DNA from: Candidatus Latescibacterota bacterium
Lineage (GTDB): Bacteria > Latescibacterota > UBA2968
Direction: 5' to 3'
Assembly: GCA_965208125.1 (NCBI GenBank)
Contig: OZ242320.1
Coordinates: forward strand, 1,856,001-1,920,000
DNA: 64,000 nt
The translations under genes and the position numbers were made by a program. How positions within the stretch are numbered: position 1 is the stretch's first letter; every line of letters begins with the position of its first letter. Below the pieces are notes generated by a model, which did no database searches, was not told the origin of the DNA, and was given only the letters and a program-made list of their open reading frames with translations. This document shows, piece by piece, positions 9,722 to 18,501 of this stretch.

Positions 9722-10618
9722 CTATCCCAACCCCTTTAGATGTGTGCGCGCGCGGTACAAATACCCATCTATAGCCGTGACATAGAGCGACTGCAAATCT
9801 TCATCGCCAAAGGCGCAATTGGTCGGATTAATGGGAAAAGGATGTGCTCCGAGTATCTCTCCATCGGGCGCAAAAACGTAAATCATCGGACCGGGACCGC
9901 TATCCGGCCAACCCGCACTCGCGACAATATTGAGATCCGCATCCAGCCTCATACCATCTATACCCCGATGGGCACCAAAATCGTGCAGCACCTCACAAGC
10001 ACCCAGCGACCCATCTTCCGCAATCGGATACGCGCGCAATTCCCGAGGCGTCTCGGGGAGATAATCGCTCTGCGCCACATACAGGGTCTTCATATCCGGC
10101 GTAACAATCAGACCATTGGGCTTTGTCGTATCAAAAGTCACCCGCACAGTCGCGTACGTCCCATCGTCCTGGGGATCAGCCCGATACACCGACTCGTGAC
10201 CGATATCCATACATGACTTATCATCGCCATATCTCGGATCCGTGAACCAGACCCGGCCCTTTGCATCCACCACGAGATCATTGGGACTGTTGAAACGGTT
10301 CCCTTCAAAATTGTCGGAAATCACAGTCGTTGAGCCATCTCTTTCATACCGTGCAATGCGACGCCCAGGACCATCCACGAATCTGTCACCACTCGGATCA
10401 AAAGTCCCCTCTGCGCCATAGACCCGACCCTCAGCATCAGTAGTCAGCCCATTTGCCCGATTCGTACCCGTGCGCCACTCGTCGCAAACACCCGTCCTGT
10501 GATCGTAGCGCATCGCGCGATCCCCCGGCATATCTGTAAACAACAGCACATCACCCACCCACACCGGACCCTCGGTAAAACCAAACGGACCCGCCACCTG
10601 TTCAAAATTCCATTCCAT
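9722..10618 (-). CDS. SMP-30/gluconolactonase family protein
   Basis: FTEGPVW, ANGL, NSPNDL, FTDP, PNGL, DGMRLD, PTNCAFG. Confidence 0.94.
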   Translation of the reverse strand: MEWNFEQVAGPFGFTEGPVWVGDVLLFTDMPGDRAMRYDHRTGVCDEWRTGTNRANGLTTDAEGRVYGAEGTFDPSGDRFVDGPGRRIARYERDGSTTVISDNFEGNRFNSPNDLVVDAKGRVWFTDPRYGDDKSCMDIGHESVYRADPQDDGTYATVRVTFDTTKPNGLIVTPDMKTLYVAQSDYLPETPRELRAYPIAEDGSLGACEVLHDFGAHRGIDGMRLDADLNIVASAGWPDSGPGPMIYVFAPDGEILGAHPFPINPTNCAFGDEDLQSLYVTAIDGYLYRARTHLKGLG

Positions 10619-10683
10619 AAAACGCTCCTTTGCTTCTCAATAAAATTACTCAATTTCGCCCCCAACATACGCCATTGCTCGCG

Positions 10684-10762
10684 TGAAGGGAAGTGAGAAG
10701 TGTGAGGTGAGAAGTGTGAAGGGAAAAGCAACCACAGATTAACACAGATAAACACAGATAAA
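10684..10762. repeat. Short tandem repeats (gaagtga-type heptamers; cacagataa nonamers)
   Basis: gaagtgagaagtgtgaggtgagaagtgtgaag followed by cacagattaa-cacagataaa-cacagataaa; related tracts at 17054-17069, 22381-22402, 27208-27310. Confidence 0.7.
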
Positions 10763-10800
10763 AGGCAAAAACAACCGCAAGATCAAACTTTCAAACGACG

Positions 10801-10879
10801 TGGTGTTAAGCTGCGATCCAGTGTTTGCAAATGTAGGGGCGGTGCCCCTGTGTCCACCCGTATCTATTGGCAAAGTGAG
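10801..10879 (+). repeat. Left long inverted repeat of island 1 (composite REP)
   Basis: tggtgttaagctgcgatccagtgtttgcaaatgtaggggcggtgcccctgtgtccacccgt matches the reverse complement of 16957-17030, with an identical 30-bp core. Confidence 0.9.
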
Positions 10880-10953
10880 GGGTGGCGCGATTTCGCATGA
10901 TTCCGTACATTGATGCATGCATGCTTTGCAATATCGACCACCCTATATAAACA

Positions 10954-11937
10954 ATGAAAATCGAAAAACCACCATACACAATCACGCCGGACATTCTCTT
11001 TCGCATTGAAGAAATCGGTGAAGCGATTGGTCGCGCAACGGGCATCTCGCAGGACTTGCGCCTGCGACGAATCAACCGCATCCTCACGATTCGTGGATCC
11101 CTCGCCATTGAAGGCAATATCCTCAGCGAAGAACAGGTCTCCACAATACTCGACGGCAAGCCTGTCATAGCACCACTCAGAGACATACAGGAAGCCCGTA
11201 ACGCCATCAAAGCCTACGATCAATACCAGCAGTGGAATCCCGCCAGCGAAGCCGACCTATTGCGCGCTCACGAAATTCTGATGATCGGTCTATTAGATGC
11301 GCCCGGACAATATCGCCGCAGAGACATTGGCGTGATGGGCGGAGGCGAAGTCCATCACATCGGCCCGCCCCCCAGTCGCGTACCGCAACTCATGGCAAAC
11401 TTGCTGGCCTGGCTGGGCAGCACCGATGAACACCCGCTAATTGCCAGTTCGGTTTTTCACTACGAATTTGAGTTCATTCACCCCTTTGAGGATGGCAACG
11501 GACGAATGGGAAGGCTCTGGCAAACCCTGATACTGACCCGCTGGAAACCCCTGTTCGCCCACATCCCCGTAGAAAGTCTGGTCCATGCCAGACAAAGCGA
11601 CTACTACAAAGCCATCAGACAGAGTTCGTCAGAGGGCGAAAGCACGCCATTCATTGCATTCATGCTGGAAATTATTCTGGATGCTCTCCAGGTAACCGAT
11701 CAAGTAACCGATCAAGTAACCGACCAGGTAGCGCGGCTACTCACCGCCTTGCGAACAGGACCAAAAACCACCGCCGAACTCATGACGGAACTGGGCCTAT
11801 CGCACCGTCCCACATTCCGCAACAACTACATTCGCCCGGCAATCTCCGCAGGACTCGTGGAAATGACACGCCCCGAAGCACCCACCGCGAGAAACCAAAA
11901 ATATCGTCTCACCGCACGCGGAAGGGAGATGCAATAA
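10954..11937 (+). CDS. fic: Fic family protein with C-terminal wHTH
   Basis: HPFEDGNGRMGR motif, N-terminal SLAIEGN inhibitory motif, (QVTD)3 linker, C-terminal RPEAPTARNQKYRLT. Confidence 0.95.
   Translation: MKIEKPPYTITPDILFRIEEIGEAIGRATGISQDLRLRRINRILTIRGSLAIEGNILSEEQVSTILDGKPVIAPLRDIQEARNAIKAYDQYQQWNPASEADLLRAHEILMIGLLDAPGQYRRRDIGVMGGGEVHHIGPPPSRVPQLMANLLAWLGSTDEHPLIASSVFHYEFEFIHPFEDGNGRMGRLWQTLILTRWKPLFAHIPVESLVHARQSDYYKAIRQSSSEGESTPFIAFMLEIILDALQVTDQVTDQVTDQVARLLTALRTGPKTTAELMTELGLSHRPTFRNNYIRPAISAGLVEMTRPEAPTARNQKYRLTARGREMQ
11689..11730 (+). repeat. In-frame 12-bp tandem repeat x3.5 (QVTD)
   Basis: caggtaaccgat caagtaaccgat caagtaaccgac caggta. Confidence 0.95.
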
Positions 11938-12009
11938 GCGTCAAAGTTTAAGTAGATTTGTGTTGCTTGTCGAAAGTGCTGAATAATTCCACCTTTTTTA
12001 TCTTTGTTC

Positions 12010-12196
12010 TGCCTTCGGCGACCGACTTTTTGTCAGCAGCCACAAAAAGTCGGCAAAAAAGGCCGCTCTCAAACGCCGAGAGGCTGGCACAGCGCAAATC
12101 GCTTCTATGGTAATACACCATCCAGTGGCCTTCACAGTCGGGCTGCCATAAGGATGTTCTCTGCGAGACGGTCTCACGCGCTGTGTGTAATGACTT
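12010..12196 (+). repeat. ~190-bp structured dispersed repeat (MITE- or ncRNA-like), copy A
   Basis: Homologous to the reverse complement of 61291-61477; hairpin ccgactttttgt-N-acaaaaagtcgg. Confidence 0.85.
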
Positions 12197-12251
12197 TGTC
12201 TAATCGCGTTTTGTAATGGATCATTTTGTAAGTAAGTGGAGAATTTTTAGT

Positions 12252-12911
12252 ATGAAACAGAACCAGCAAAATGATAAACAAAAACCAAAAACAATTACAT
12301 TAAGACAATTTCTTCGCTATTTCGAAGAACAACGAAATCGAAAGTTTTGTTTTATTTTAGGGGCCGGCGCATCCAAAAGCTCCGGCATTCCCACCGGCGC
12401 AGAATTAGCATTTCAATGGCTCAATGAGATTGAAGAAGACCTGGACAAAGATCAGTTTGAAGCATGGCTCGAAGAGGAGCGCATTGATAAAAATGATCCC
12501 GCCAGTTTTTATCCCCAAATTTTTGCCAAGCGCTTTGAGGTCGATCATCAGGGAGGCTATGATTTTTTTGAGAAGATTATGGATAAAGCAGAACCAAGCT
12601 GTGGTTATTCATTCCTGGCAGAGATCCTGGCACAAGGAACGCACGATATTGTTATCACAACCAATTTTGACAGCTTGACCGAAGATGCGCTTTTCATTTA
12701 CACAGCAAAAAAGCCGTTAGTAATCGGACATGCGGATTTGGCAGGTTTTATCAATATCCAGCTACAACGACCACAGGTTATCAAGGTTCACCACGACCTC
12801 TTTTTTTCACCGCAAAACACAGAGGATGAAACAGGGCATATTGATGAAAAACTGGAACGGGGTTTACAGGATATTTTTAAATCTTATATCTCGATTGTAA
12901 TTGGCTTATGA
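12252..12911 (+). pseudogene. SIR2-like (SIR2_2) protein, 3'-truncated
   Basis: FILGAGASKSSGIP, ITTNFD, IKVH; stops at IVIGL where the GY motif and the rest of the domain are expected, overlapping the next ATG. Confidence 0.8.
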
Positions 12912-14371
12912 ACAAAAAAACACTCTCCAACATAACCGCCCTTGGCGAAGGTTTTACCACAGAGTTCAAACGCTCCATGTCCTCTAACCTGGGCCGTGAA
13001 ATCTGTGCCTTTGCGAACGCCACCGGCGGCGTCATACTTATCGGCGTAACAGACGGTGGCGAAGTTGTTGGTGTAGCGAACCACAACAAGCTGAAGTCGC
13101 AAGTCCAGTCCATCGCACGATCAGCGGATCCGCCGATAGCAGTGGAAACGGAATCTGTCAATGGCGTACTCTGCATCACAATACCAGAGCAACATGGCAA
13201 GCCCTACGCCTTTGGCGGCAAGTATTACATCCGCGAAGGCGCGAGTTCGCAACAAATGTCACGCGATGAAATCCGCGAATTCTTTTTTAAGGAAGGACTC
13301 ATTCGATTCGACAAAACACCATGCCATAACTTCAAAATAGATAAAGACCTGACGCCAGAAGCCTGGGCGCGGTTCGCCAAGCGGGCGCATATTCCCGATG
13401 GAATGGACCCAATCGTGGCATTGGAAAACCTGCACCTGCTCGAAGGTGGGATCATGACCCATGCTGGCGCGTGGCTATTAGCGGAAGACATCACACGTTA
13501 CACATTGACAGCGGGTGTGACCTGCGCGGTTCTTCGCGGCATAAACAATACACATATCATCGATCTCAAGAACTTCACGGGCGATATATGTTCCATCTAC
13601 GATGACTGTATAGCCTACATGCAGGCGAAATTGAACACAGCCCTGATTCCCCATGCTCGCGGACGGGATGAACGGCTCGAACTGCCTGAAGACGCACTCC
13701 GCGAGGCAATGGTCAACGCCATCGCACATCGAGACTACCGATCCAACGCTAACGTGCAGGTACACATATTCCATGATCGACTGGAAATCGTCACACCGGG
13801 TGGGTTGCCAGCGGGAATGCGGGAAGAAGATTTGGGAATCAGAAGCGTGCCGCGGAATCCACTTCTATTCGGAATGTTCCATCGCATGGGAATGGTAGAA
13901 CAGATCGGCAGCGGCATCCGGCGCATTCGACAGGAGTGCCGTGACTACGGGGTAGAGGAACCCGTGATTGAGGTCTCGGATAACTGGGTAGTCACGACAT
14001 TCAAACGGCAGGTTGAACATGGTGGGCAGATAACCCCGCATGTCACCGAACAAGTGCCCTACAGATACCCGACAATTCCAGAGCAAGTCAAGACTAAGCC
14101 AGAGTCACAGCCAGAGTCACAGCCAGAGTCACGCCGAGCAAGCCTTGAACAGAGAGTTTTATCACTTGTTATCCAAGCTCCCCTGTCGAAATCGTCCATC
14201 TCAACTGGTCTGGGTCAAAAAACCGTGTCAGGACAGCTCAACAAGGTGATTCGCGCATTGAGAAAAGACGGATTGATCAAATATACGATTCCAGAAAAAC
14301 CTGGAAGCCGATTGCAGAAATACCAAATTACGGAAAACGGCAGAAACAGATTGACAGAGTTGGTAAATTGA
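12908..14371 (+). CDS. AlbA_2 (Schlafen-like) + HATPase_c_4 + C-terminal wHTH protein
   Basis: GEGFTTEFK, ICAFANATGGVILIGVTD, REAMVNAIAHRDY, PRNP, EQIGSGI, TIPEKPGSRLQKYQIT. Confidence 0.92.
   Translation: MNKKTLSNITALGEGFTTEFKRSMSSNLGREICAFANATGGVILIGVTDGGEVVGVANHNKLKSQVQSIARSADPPIAVETESVNGVLCITIPEQHGKPYAFGGKYYIREGASSQQMSRDEIREFFFKEGLIRFDKTPCHNFKIDKDLTPEAWARFAKRAHIPDGMDPIVALENLHLLEGGIMTHAGAWLLAEDITRYTLTAGVTCAVLRGINNTHIIDLKNFTGDICSIYDDCIAYMQAKLNTALIPHARGRDERLELPEDALREAMVNAIAHRDYRSNANVQVHIFHDRLEIVTPGGLPAGMREEDLGIRSVPRNPLLFGMFHRMGMVEQIGSGIRRIRQECRDYGVEEPVIEVSDNWVVTTFKRQVEHGGQITPHVTEQVPYRYPTIPEQVKTKPESQPESQPESRRASLEQRVLSLVIQAPLSKSSISTGLGQKTVSGQLNKVIRALRKDGLIKYTIPEKPGSRLQKYQITENGRNRLTELVN
14097..14132 (+). 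repeat. In-frame 12-bp tandem repeat x3 (PESQ)
   Basis: agccagagtcac repeated three times. Confidence 0.95.
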
Positions 14372-14384
14372 TGTGGAAAAATGC

Positions 14385-14918
14385 ATGAAGGATAAGAAAA
14401 TCATTATCATCGCGGGACCAAACGGAGCGGGCAAAACAACCTTTGGGCAGGAGTATTTGCCCAACGAAGCGGATTGCCCTATTTTCGTCAATGCCGACCT
14501 GATAGCAGCGGGGCTATCTCCCTTTCGTCCTGCTGACGCGGCCATCCGCGCCGGGCGGCTGATGATGGAAGAAATTGACAACCACGCCCGTGCAGGCAGA
14601 AATTTCGCTATTGAAACGACGCTATCCGGCCGGGGTTATGTGAGAAGGATCCGTCAATGGCGCGCTGATGGTTACACAGTAAAGCTCATATTTCTGTCTC
14701 TTGCAACGCCCGAAGAAGCGCTCACGCGCGTAAAATCGCGCGTAAGTCAGGGCGGACATGATGTTCCAGAAGCCGTTATACGTCGTCGTTTTCACGCGGG
14801 CTTGCGGAACTTTCAGGACATTTATCGACATTGCGTTGACGATTGGTTTTTGTATAATAACAGCGGCACAATACCCATCCTTCTGGAGAAGAAAAACGAT
14901 GATGAAACAACCGTCTGA
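14385..14918 (+). CDS. Zeta-toxin-like P-loop ATPase (COG4185-like)
   Basis: IIAGPNGAGKTT, FVNADLIA, ETTLSG, RVSQGGHDVPE; start at MKDKK. Confidence 0.9.
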   Translation: MKDKKIIIIAGPNGAGKTTFGQEYLPNEADCPIFVNADLIAAGLSPFRPADAAIRAGRLMMEEIDNHARAGRNFAIETTLSGRGYVRRIRQWRADGYTVKLIFLSLATPEEALTRVKSRVSQGGHDVPEAVIRRRFHAGLRNFQDIYRHCVDDWFLYNNSGTIPILLEKKNDDETTV

Positions 14919-15090
14919 AAAAGAGCTAACAAAGCCCCACAGCGATGAAGAAGGCGTGACAGCCGCGCTCATACGCGCCGCCAAACGCGCACACCTGATC
15001 GCGCATCAAACCGGCACTAAAGTTGTGGTCATGCGCGATGGCAAAGTCGTAGAAATTGAACCAGACCCGGAGATGTACAACGACATTTGA
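14899..15090 (+). CDS. Small 63-aa protein coupled to the zeta-like ATPase (candidate antitoxin)
   Basis: GGAG RBS, overlaps ATPase 3' end; ALIRAAKRAHLIAHQTGTKVVVMRDGKVVEI. Confidence 0.7.
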   Translation: MMKQPSEKELTKPHSDEEGVTAALIRAAKRAHLIAHQTGTKVVVMRDGKVVEIEPDPEMYNDI

Positions 15091-15219
15091 GATAGAGCAT
15101 TTCTGCCCATATAGATGTGCAGGGGTGGCATAACTTCGCCTGATTCGCTACATTTATTGCGTAGTAGCATTTTAAATACGCCATCTATTACTGGAGGGGA
15201 GGGATGGAGGAGAGGGATA

Positions 15220-15903
15220 ATGTTAACGACGAAGAGGATTGTGTGTCTGGCAAACTCGCGAAAACTATCTGGCCGGTGCATCGCCGGACGGGAGCTTGTT
15301 GCTGGTTTACCGGGGCGCTGGATTCGCCCTGTGAGTGCCCGCGAACATCAAGAGGTATCGGAGTATGAACGTCAATACAAAGACGGAAGCGACCCCAAGC
15401 CACTGGATATCCTGGACATTCCATTGGAAAAACATCAACCCAGGGATTACCAGCAAGAGAACTGGCTACTTGATCCGGAGTATTATTGGAGAAAAGTTGC
15501 AAAATACTCGTGGAATAACCTGCAAAAATTATCCGAAACAGGGGGGACCTTGTGGCGAAATGAAGATAGCTCCTACAGTGGGAAAAACGATCGAATCTCG
15601 CTACAACAAGCAAAGGACGAAACAAGCTCCCTGAAATTGATCCACATCGATAAACTGAGCCTGCGCGTATTTGCGCCGGGCGAGGCTTTCGGAAATTCGA
15701 AGCGCCGCGTACAGGGACAGTTCCGTTTTGGCTATCACTCCTACGCTCTATGGATCACTGATCCTGACATTGAAAGAGCTTATCTCAAACGTGAAGATGG
15801 CAATTATAACCTGGGTGACTGTTATTTGACAATCAGTTTGGGTGAACCACATGACTCGTATTGCTACAAGCTGATTGCCGCCGTAATGGAGAAACCGCGA
15901 TGA
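15220..15903 (+). CDS. Dual OB-fold-like protein
   Basis: IVCLANSRK..GRCIAG, WIRPVS, QQENW, ITDP, LTISLGE, YKLIAAV; strong RBS before MLTTK; family assignment recalled, not searched. Confidence 0.75.
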   Translation: MLTTKRIVCLANSRKLSGRCIAGRELVAGLPGRWIRPVSAREHQEVSEYERQYKDGSDPKPLDILDIPLEKHQPRDYQQENWLLDPEYYWRKVAKYSWNNLQKLSETGGTLWRNEDSSYSGKNDRISLQQAKDETSSLKLIHIDKLSLRVFAPGEAFGNSKRRVQGQFRFGYHSYALWITDPDIERAYLKREDGNYNLGDCYLTISLGEPHDSYCYKLIAAVMEKPR

Positions 15904-16496
15904 CAGAAACGAGAATATTCACCGTGGGACACTCGACGCACGCGCTTGAGGATTTCGTCTCCCTCCTGAAACAACATGGCGTGGATGCCATTGCAGACGT
16001 AAGGTCAGTTCCATACAGCCGCTGGCAACCACAATTCAATCGCGAAGATCTGGCGGAGACCCTGAAAGCCCGGGGTATTGCCTATGTATTCCTCGGCGAG
16101 GAACTCGGCGCACGCAGTGACGACCCACAATGCTACGAGAACGGCCGGGTGCAGTATCGCGCGCTCGCCGAAACTCCTCTTTTTCAATCCGGAATAAAGC
16201 GTGTCTGGGACGGAAGCAGGCACAGGCGCATTGCCTTAATGTGTGCGGAAAAGGATCCCCTGGACTGCCATCGGACAATTCTAGTCGCTCGCGAATTGGT
16301 GGCAAGTGGAGTAGATGTCACACACATTCTTGAGGATGGATCACTGGAACCACACGACGAGACCCTGAAACGCCTCTCTGAGCAGTTGCGACTGCCAGCA
16401 CAGGATCTGTTTCTCACCGCTGATGAATTGGAGGACCGGGCATACGCGGCACAGGAACAGCGTATTGCGTATGTTGAGAAGGAGACTGCACAATGA
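15900..16496 (+). CDS. DUF488 domain protein
   Basis: IFTVGHS, DVRSVPYS, ELGAR, ALMCAEKDPLDCHR; ATGA overlap with the upstream gene. Confidence 0.9.
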   Translation: MTETRIFTVGHSTHALEDFVSLLKQHGVDAIADVRSVPYSRWQPQFNREDLAETLKARGIAYVFLGEELGARSDDPQCYENGRVQYRALAETPLFQSGIKRVWDGSRHRRIALMCAEKDPLDCHRTILVARELVASGVDVTHILEDGSLEPHDETLKRLSEQLRLPAQDLFLTADELEDRAYAAQEQRIAYVEKETAQ

Positions 16497-16930
16497 AAAT
16501 TTTCACCATTGGCTTCACCAAAAAGAGCGCGGAACAGTTCTTCGACAACTTGCAAACAGCAGGCGTCAAGCGGGTCGTTGATGTGCGACTCAATAACGTA
16601 TCCCAGTTGTCTGGATTCGCAAAAAAAAATGATCTTGCCTACTTTCTAAAACAGATTTGCGGCATGGAGTACACGCATCTGCCGAGCTTGGCACCGACAA
16701 AGGACATACTGGACGCCTATAAGAAAAAGCGCGGCAGTTGGGAGACTTATGAACGCGACTTTATCGATCTCATGGCCGCCCGGAAAATAGAAAACGAGAT
16801 TGAGCAGGAAACCCTTGAAGATGCATGCCTGCTGTGCAGCGAGGACAAACCCCATTACTGCCACAGACGTCTGGTAGCCGAGTATCTACGAGAATACTGG
16901 GGGAATATTGAAATCAAGCACCTGGGATAG
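16493..16930 (+). CDS. DUF488 domain protein (short type)
   Basis: IFTIGFTKKSAE, DVRLNN, LAPT, CLLCSEDKPHYCHR; ATGA overlap. Confidence 0.9.
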   Translation: MKIFTIGFTKKSAEQFFDNLQTAGVKRVVDVRLNNVSQLSGFAKKNDLAYFLKQICGMEYTHLPSLAPTKDILDAYKKKRGSWETYERDFIDLMAARKIENEIEQETLEDACLLCSEDKPHYCHRRLVAEYLREYWGNIEIKHLG

Positions 16931-16956
16931 AAGTAGCCGACCAAGTAGCGCAGTTA

Positions 16957-17042
16957 CTCACTGACAATACACGGGCGGGCACGGGGGCCCGCCCCTACAT
17001 TTGCAAACACTGGATCGCGGCTCAACACCATGCCGCGATGAC
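16957..17042 (-). repeat. Right long inverted repeat of island 1 (GTAG REP + tggatcgcgg...ccgcgatgac palindrome)
   Basis: gggcgggcacgggggcccgcccctacatttgcaaacactggatcgcggctcaacaccatgccgcgatgac. Confidence 0.9.
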
Positions 17043-17070
17043 AGCCTTTCTTTACACTTCACACTTCACC

Positions 17071-18369
17071 ATGCCCAAAACCACCAACCGAAAAACCATC
17101 ATCTCGTGGATGATGTATGACTTTGCAAACTCGTCTTTTGCCAACAACGTCACCACATTTATCTACGCGGCGTTCTTTACCAAAGTCATCGCTGAAAATG
17201 AAATCATAGGCACCGCCTTATGGTCTCGCGGCGTCGGCATTATCATGCTCGTCGTCGCACTGCTATCGCCACCCCTCGGCGCGCTATCTGACCAGGGCGG
17301 GTATCGCAAACGCTTTTTAATATTCTTCACATTCCTCGCCGTCATCTTCACCGCACTGCTCTATTTCCCACAACAAGGACAAGCAATCTATGCATTGACC
17401 CTCTACATCATCGCCTGTATCTGCTTTGAAATGGGCATCGTATTTTACAACGCCTTCTTGCCCGACATTGCCCCGCCCGAACGCATCGGTCGCATATCGG
17501 GACAGGCCTGGGGCGTGGGATATTTCGGAGGCCTGCTCTCAATGGCCGTCCTCATGATCGGTTTCGTATCCGCAGAAACCCCGTGGTTTGGCCTCACCAA
17601 AGAAACCCATGCACACATCCGGGCGACAAACATCGGCGTGGCAATCTGGTTTGCCATCTTCAGCCTCCCAGCCCTCTTCTATTTACCCCAAACACCTGCG
17701 CGACAAACCGACGGCAAACTAAGTCTGGCTGCATCCTACCGGCGCATCCTGCAAACCTTCCGCGAACTCCAGCGCTACCGGGAAATCTTCAAACTACTGC
17801 TCGCGCGCCTCGTCTATAACGACGGCCTCATCACCGTCTTTGCGTTTGGCGGCATTTATGCGGTAGGCACTTATGGATTCACATTTGAAGAAGTCCTCTT
17901 CTTCGGCATCATCGTCAACATCGCAGCCGGCATCGGTGCCTGGTGTTTTGGATACCTGGACGACCGCCTGGGCGGCAAACTCACCATCCAGATCACCCTC
18001 GTCGGATTCGTCATCGCAACGATCATTGCCGTCGTACCCCAGGAAAAAATCTGGTTCTGGGTCGCGGGCATTCTCGTCGGCCTATTTGCCGGTCCCAACC
18101 AATCGGCCAGCCGGTCGCTCATGGGGCGTTTCGTCCCCGAAAACAAAGAAACCGAATTCTACGGCTTCTACGCCTTCTCGGGAAAAGCCACCGCATTTCT
18201 CGGCCCCCTCCTCATGGGCGTCATCACACAAGCCTCTGGATCCCAGCGTTACGGCATGGCAACCGTGGGCCTGTTCTTCATCATAGGCGGCCTCCTCTTG
18301 CGCACCATTGACGAACAAAAAGGCATCCGCATGGCGCGTGAAAAAACGCCATCGGAAACAGACGCCTGA
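17071..18369 (+). CDS. MFS transporter, ATG22/UMF1 family
   Basis: WMMYDFANS, FYNAFLPDI, LVYNDG, QSASRS, EFYGFY; about 12 hydrophobic segments. Confidence 0.92.
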   Translation: MPKTTNRKTIISWMMYDFANSSFANNVTTFIYAAFFTKVIAENEIIGTALWSRGVGIIMLVVALLSPPLGALSDQGGYRKRFLIFFTFLAVIFTALLYFPQQGQAIYALTLYIIACICFEMGIVFYNAFLPDIAPPERIGRISGQAWGVGYFGGLLSMAVLMIGFVSAETPWFGLTKETHAHIRATNIGVAIWFAIFSLPALFYLPQTPARQTDGKLSLAASYRRILQTFRELQRYREIFKLLLARLVYNDGLITVFAFGGIYAVGTYGFTFEEVLFFGIIVNIAAGIGAWCFGYLDDRLGGKLTIQITLVGFVIATIIAVVPQEKIWFWVAGILVGLFAGPNQSASRSLMGRFVPENKETEFYGFYAFSGKATAFLGPLLMGVITQASGSQRYGMATVGLFFIIGGLLLRTIDEQKGIRMAREKTPSETDA

Positions 18370-18412
18370 CGCTGGATCACCCACCCGAAATCCTTCAAAA
18401 TAGAAATTTCCC

Positions 18413-18454
18413 TTGACAACTTCTTGTCATATTGTCATATTTTACTATGACAAT
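18413..18454 (+). promoter_or_regulatory. Sigma70-type promoter overlapped by a palindromic operator
   Basis: TTGACA (18413) - 17 bp - CATATT; perfect ATTGTCATA-N6-TATGACAAT palindrome at 18431-18454. Confidence 0.7.
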
Positions 18455-18501
18455 AATATAATGTGTAAAAACTACCCGTCGTTTACACAAAGGAGACGAA
18501 C

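Noticed and set aside
10801-17042. Island 1 as a classical IS, composite transposon or integron
   Set aside because: No transposase or integrase ORF, no clear target-site duplication, and no attC-like sites between genes.
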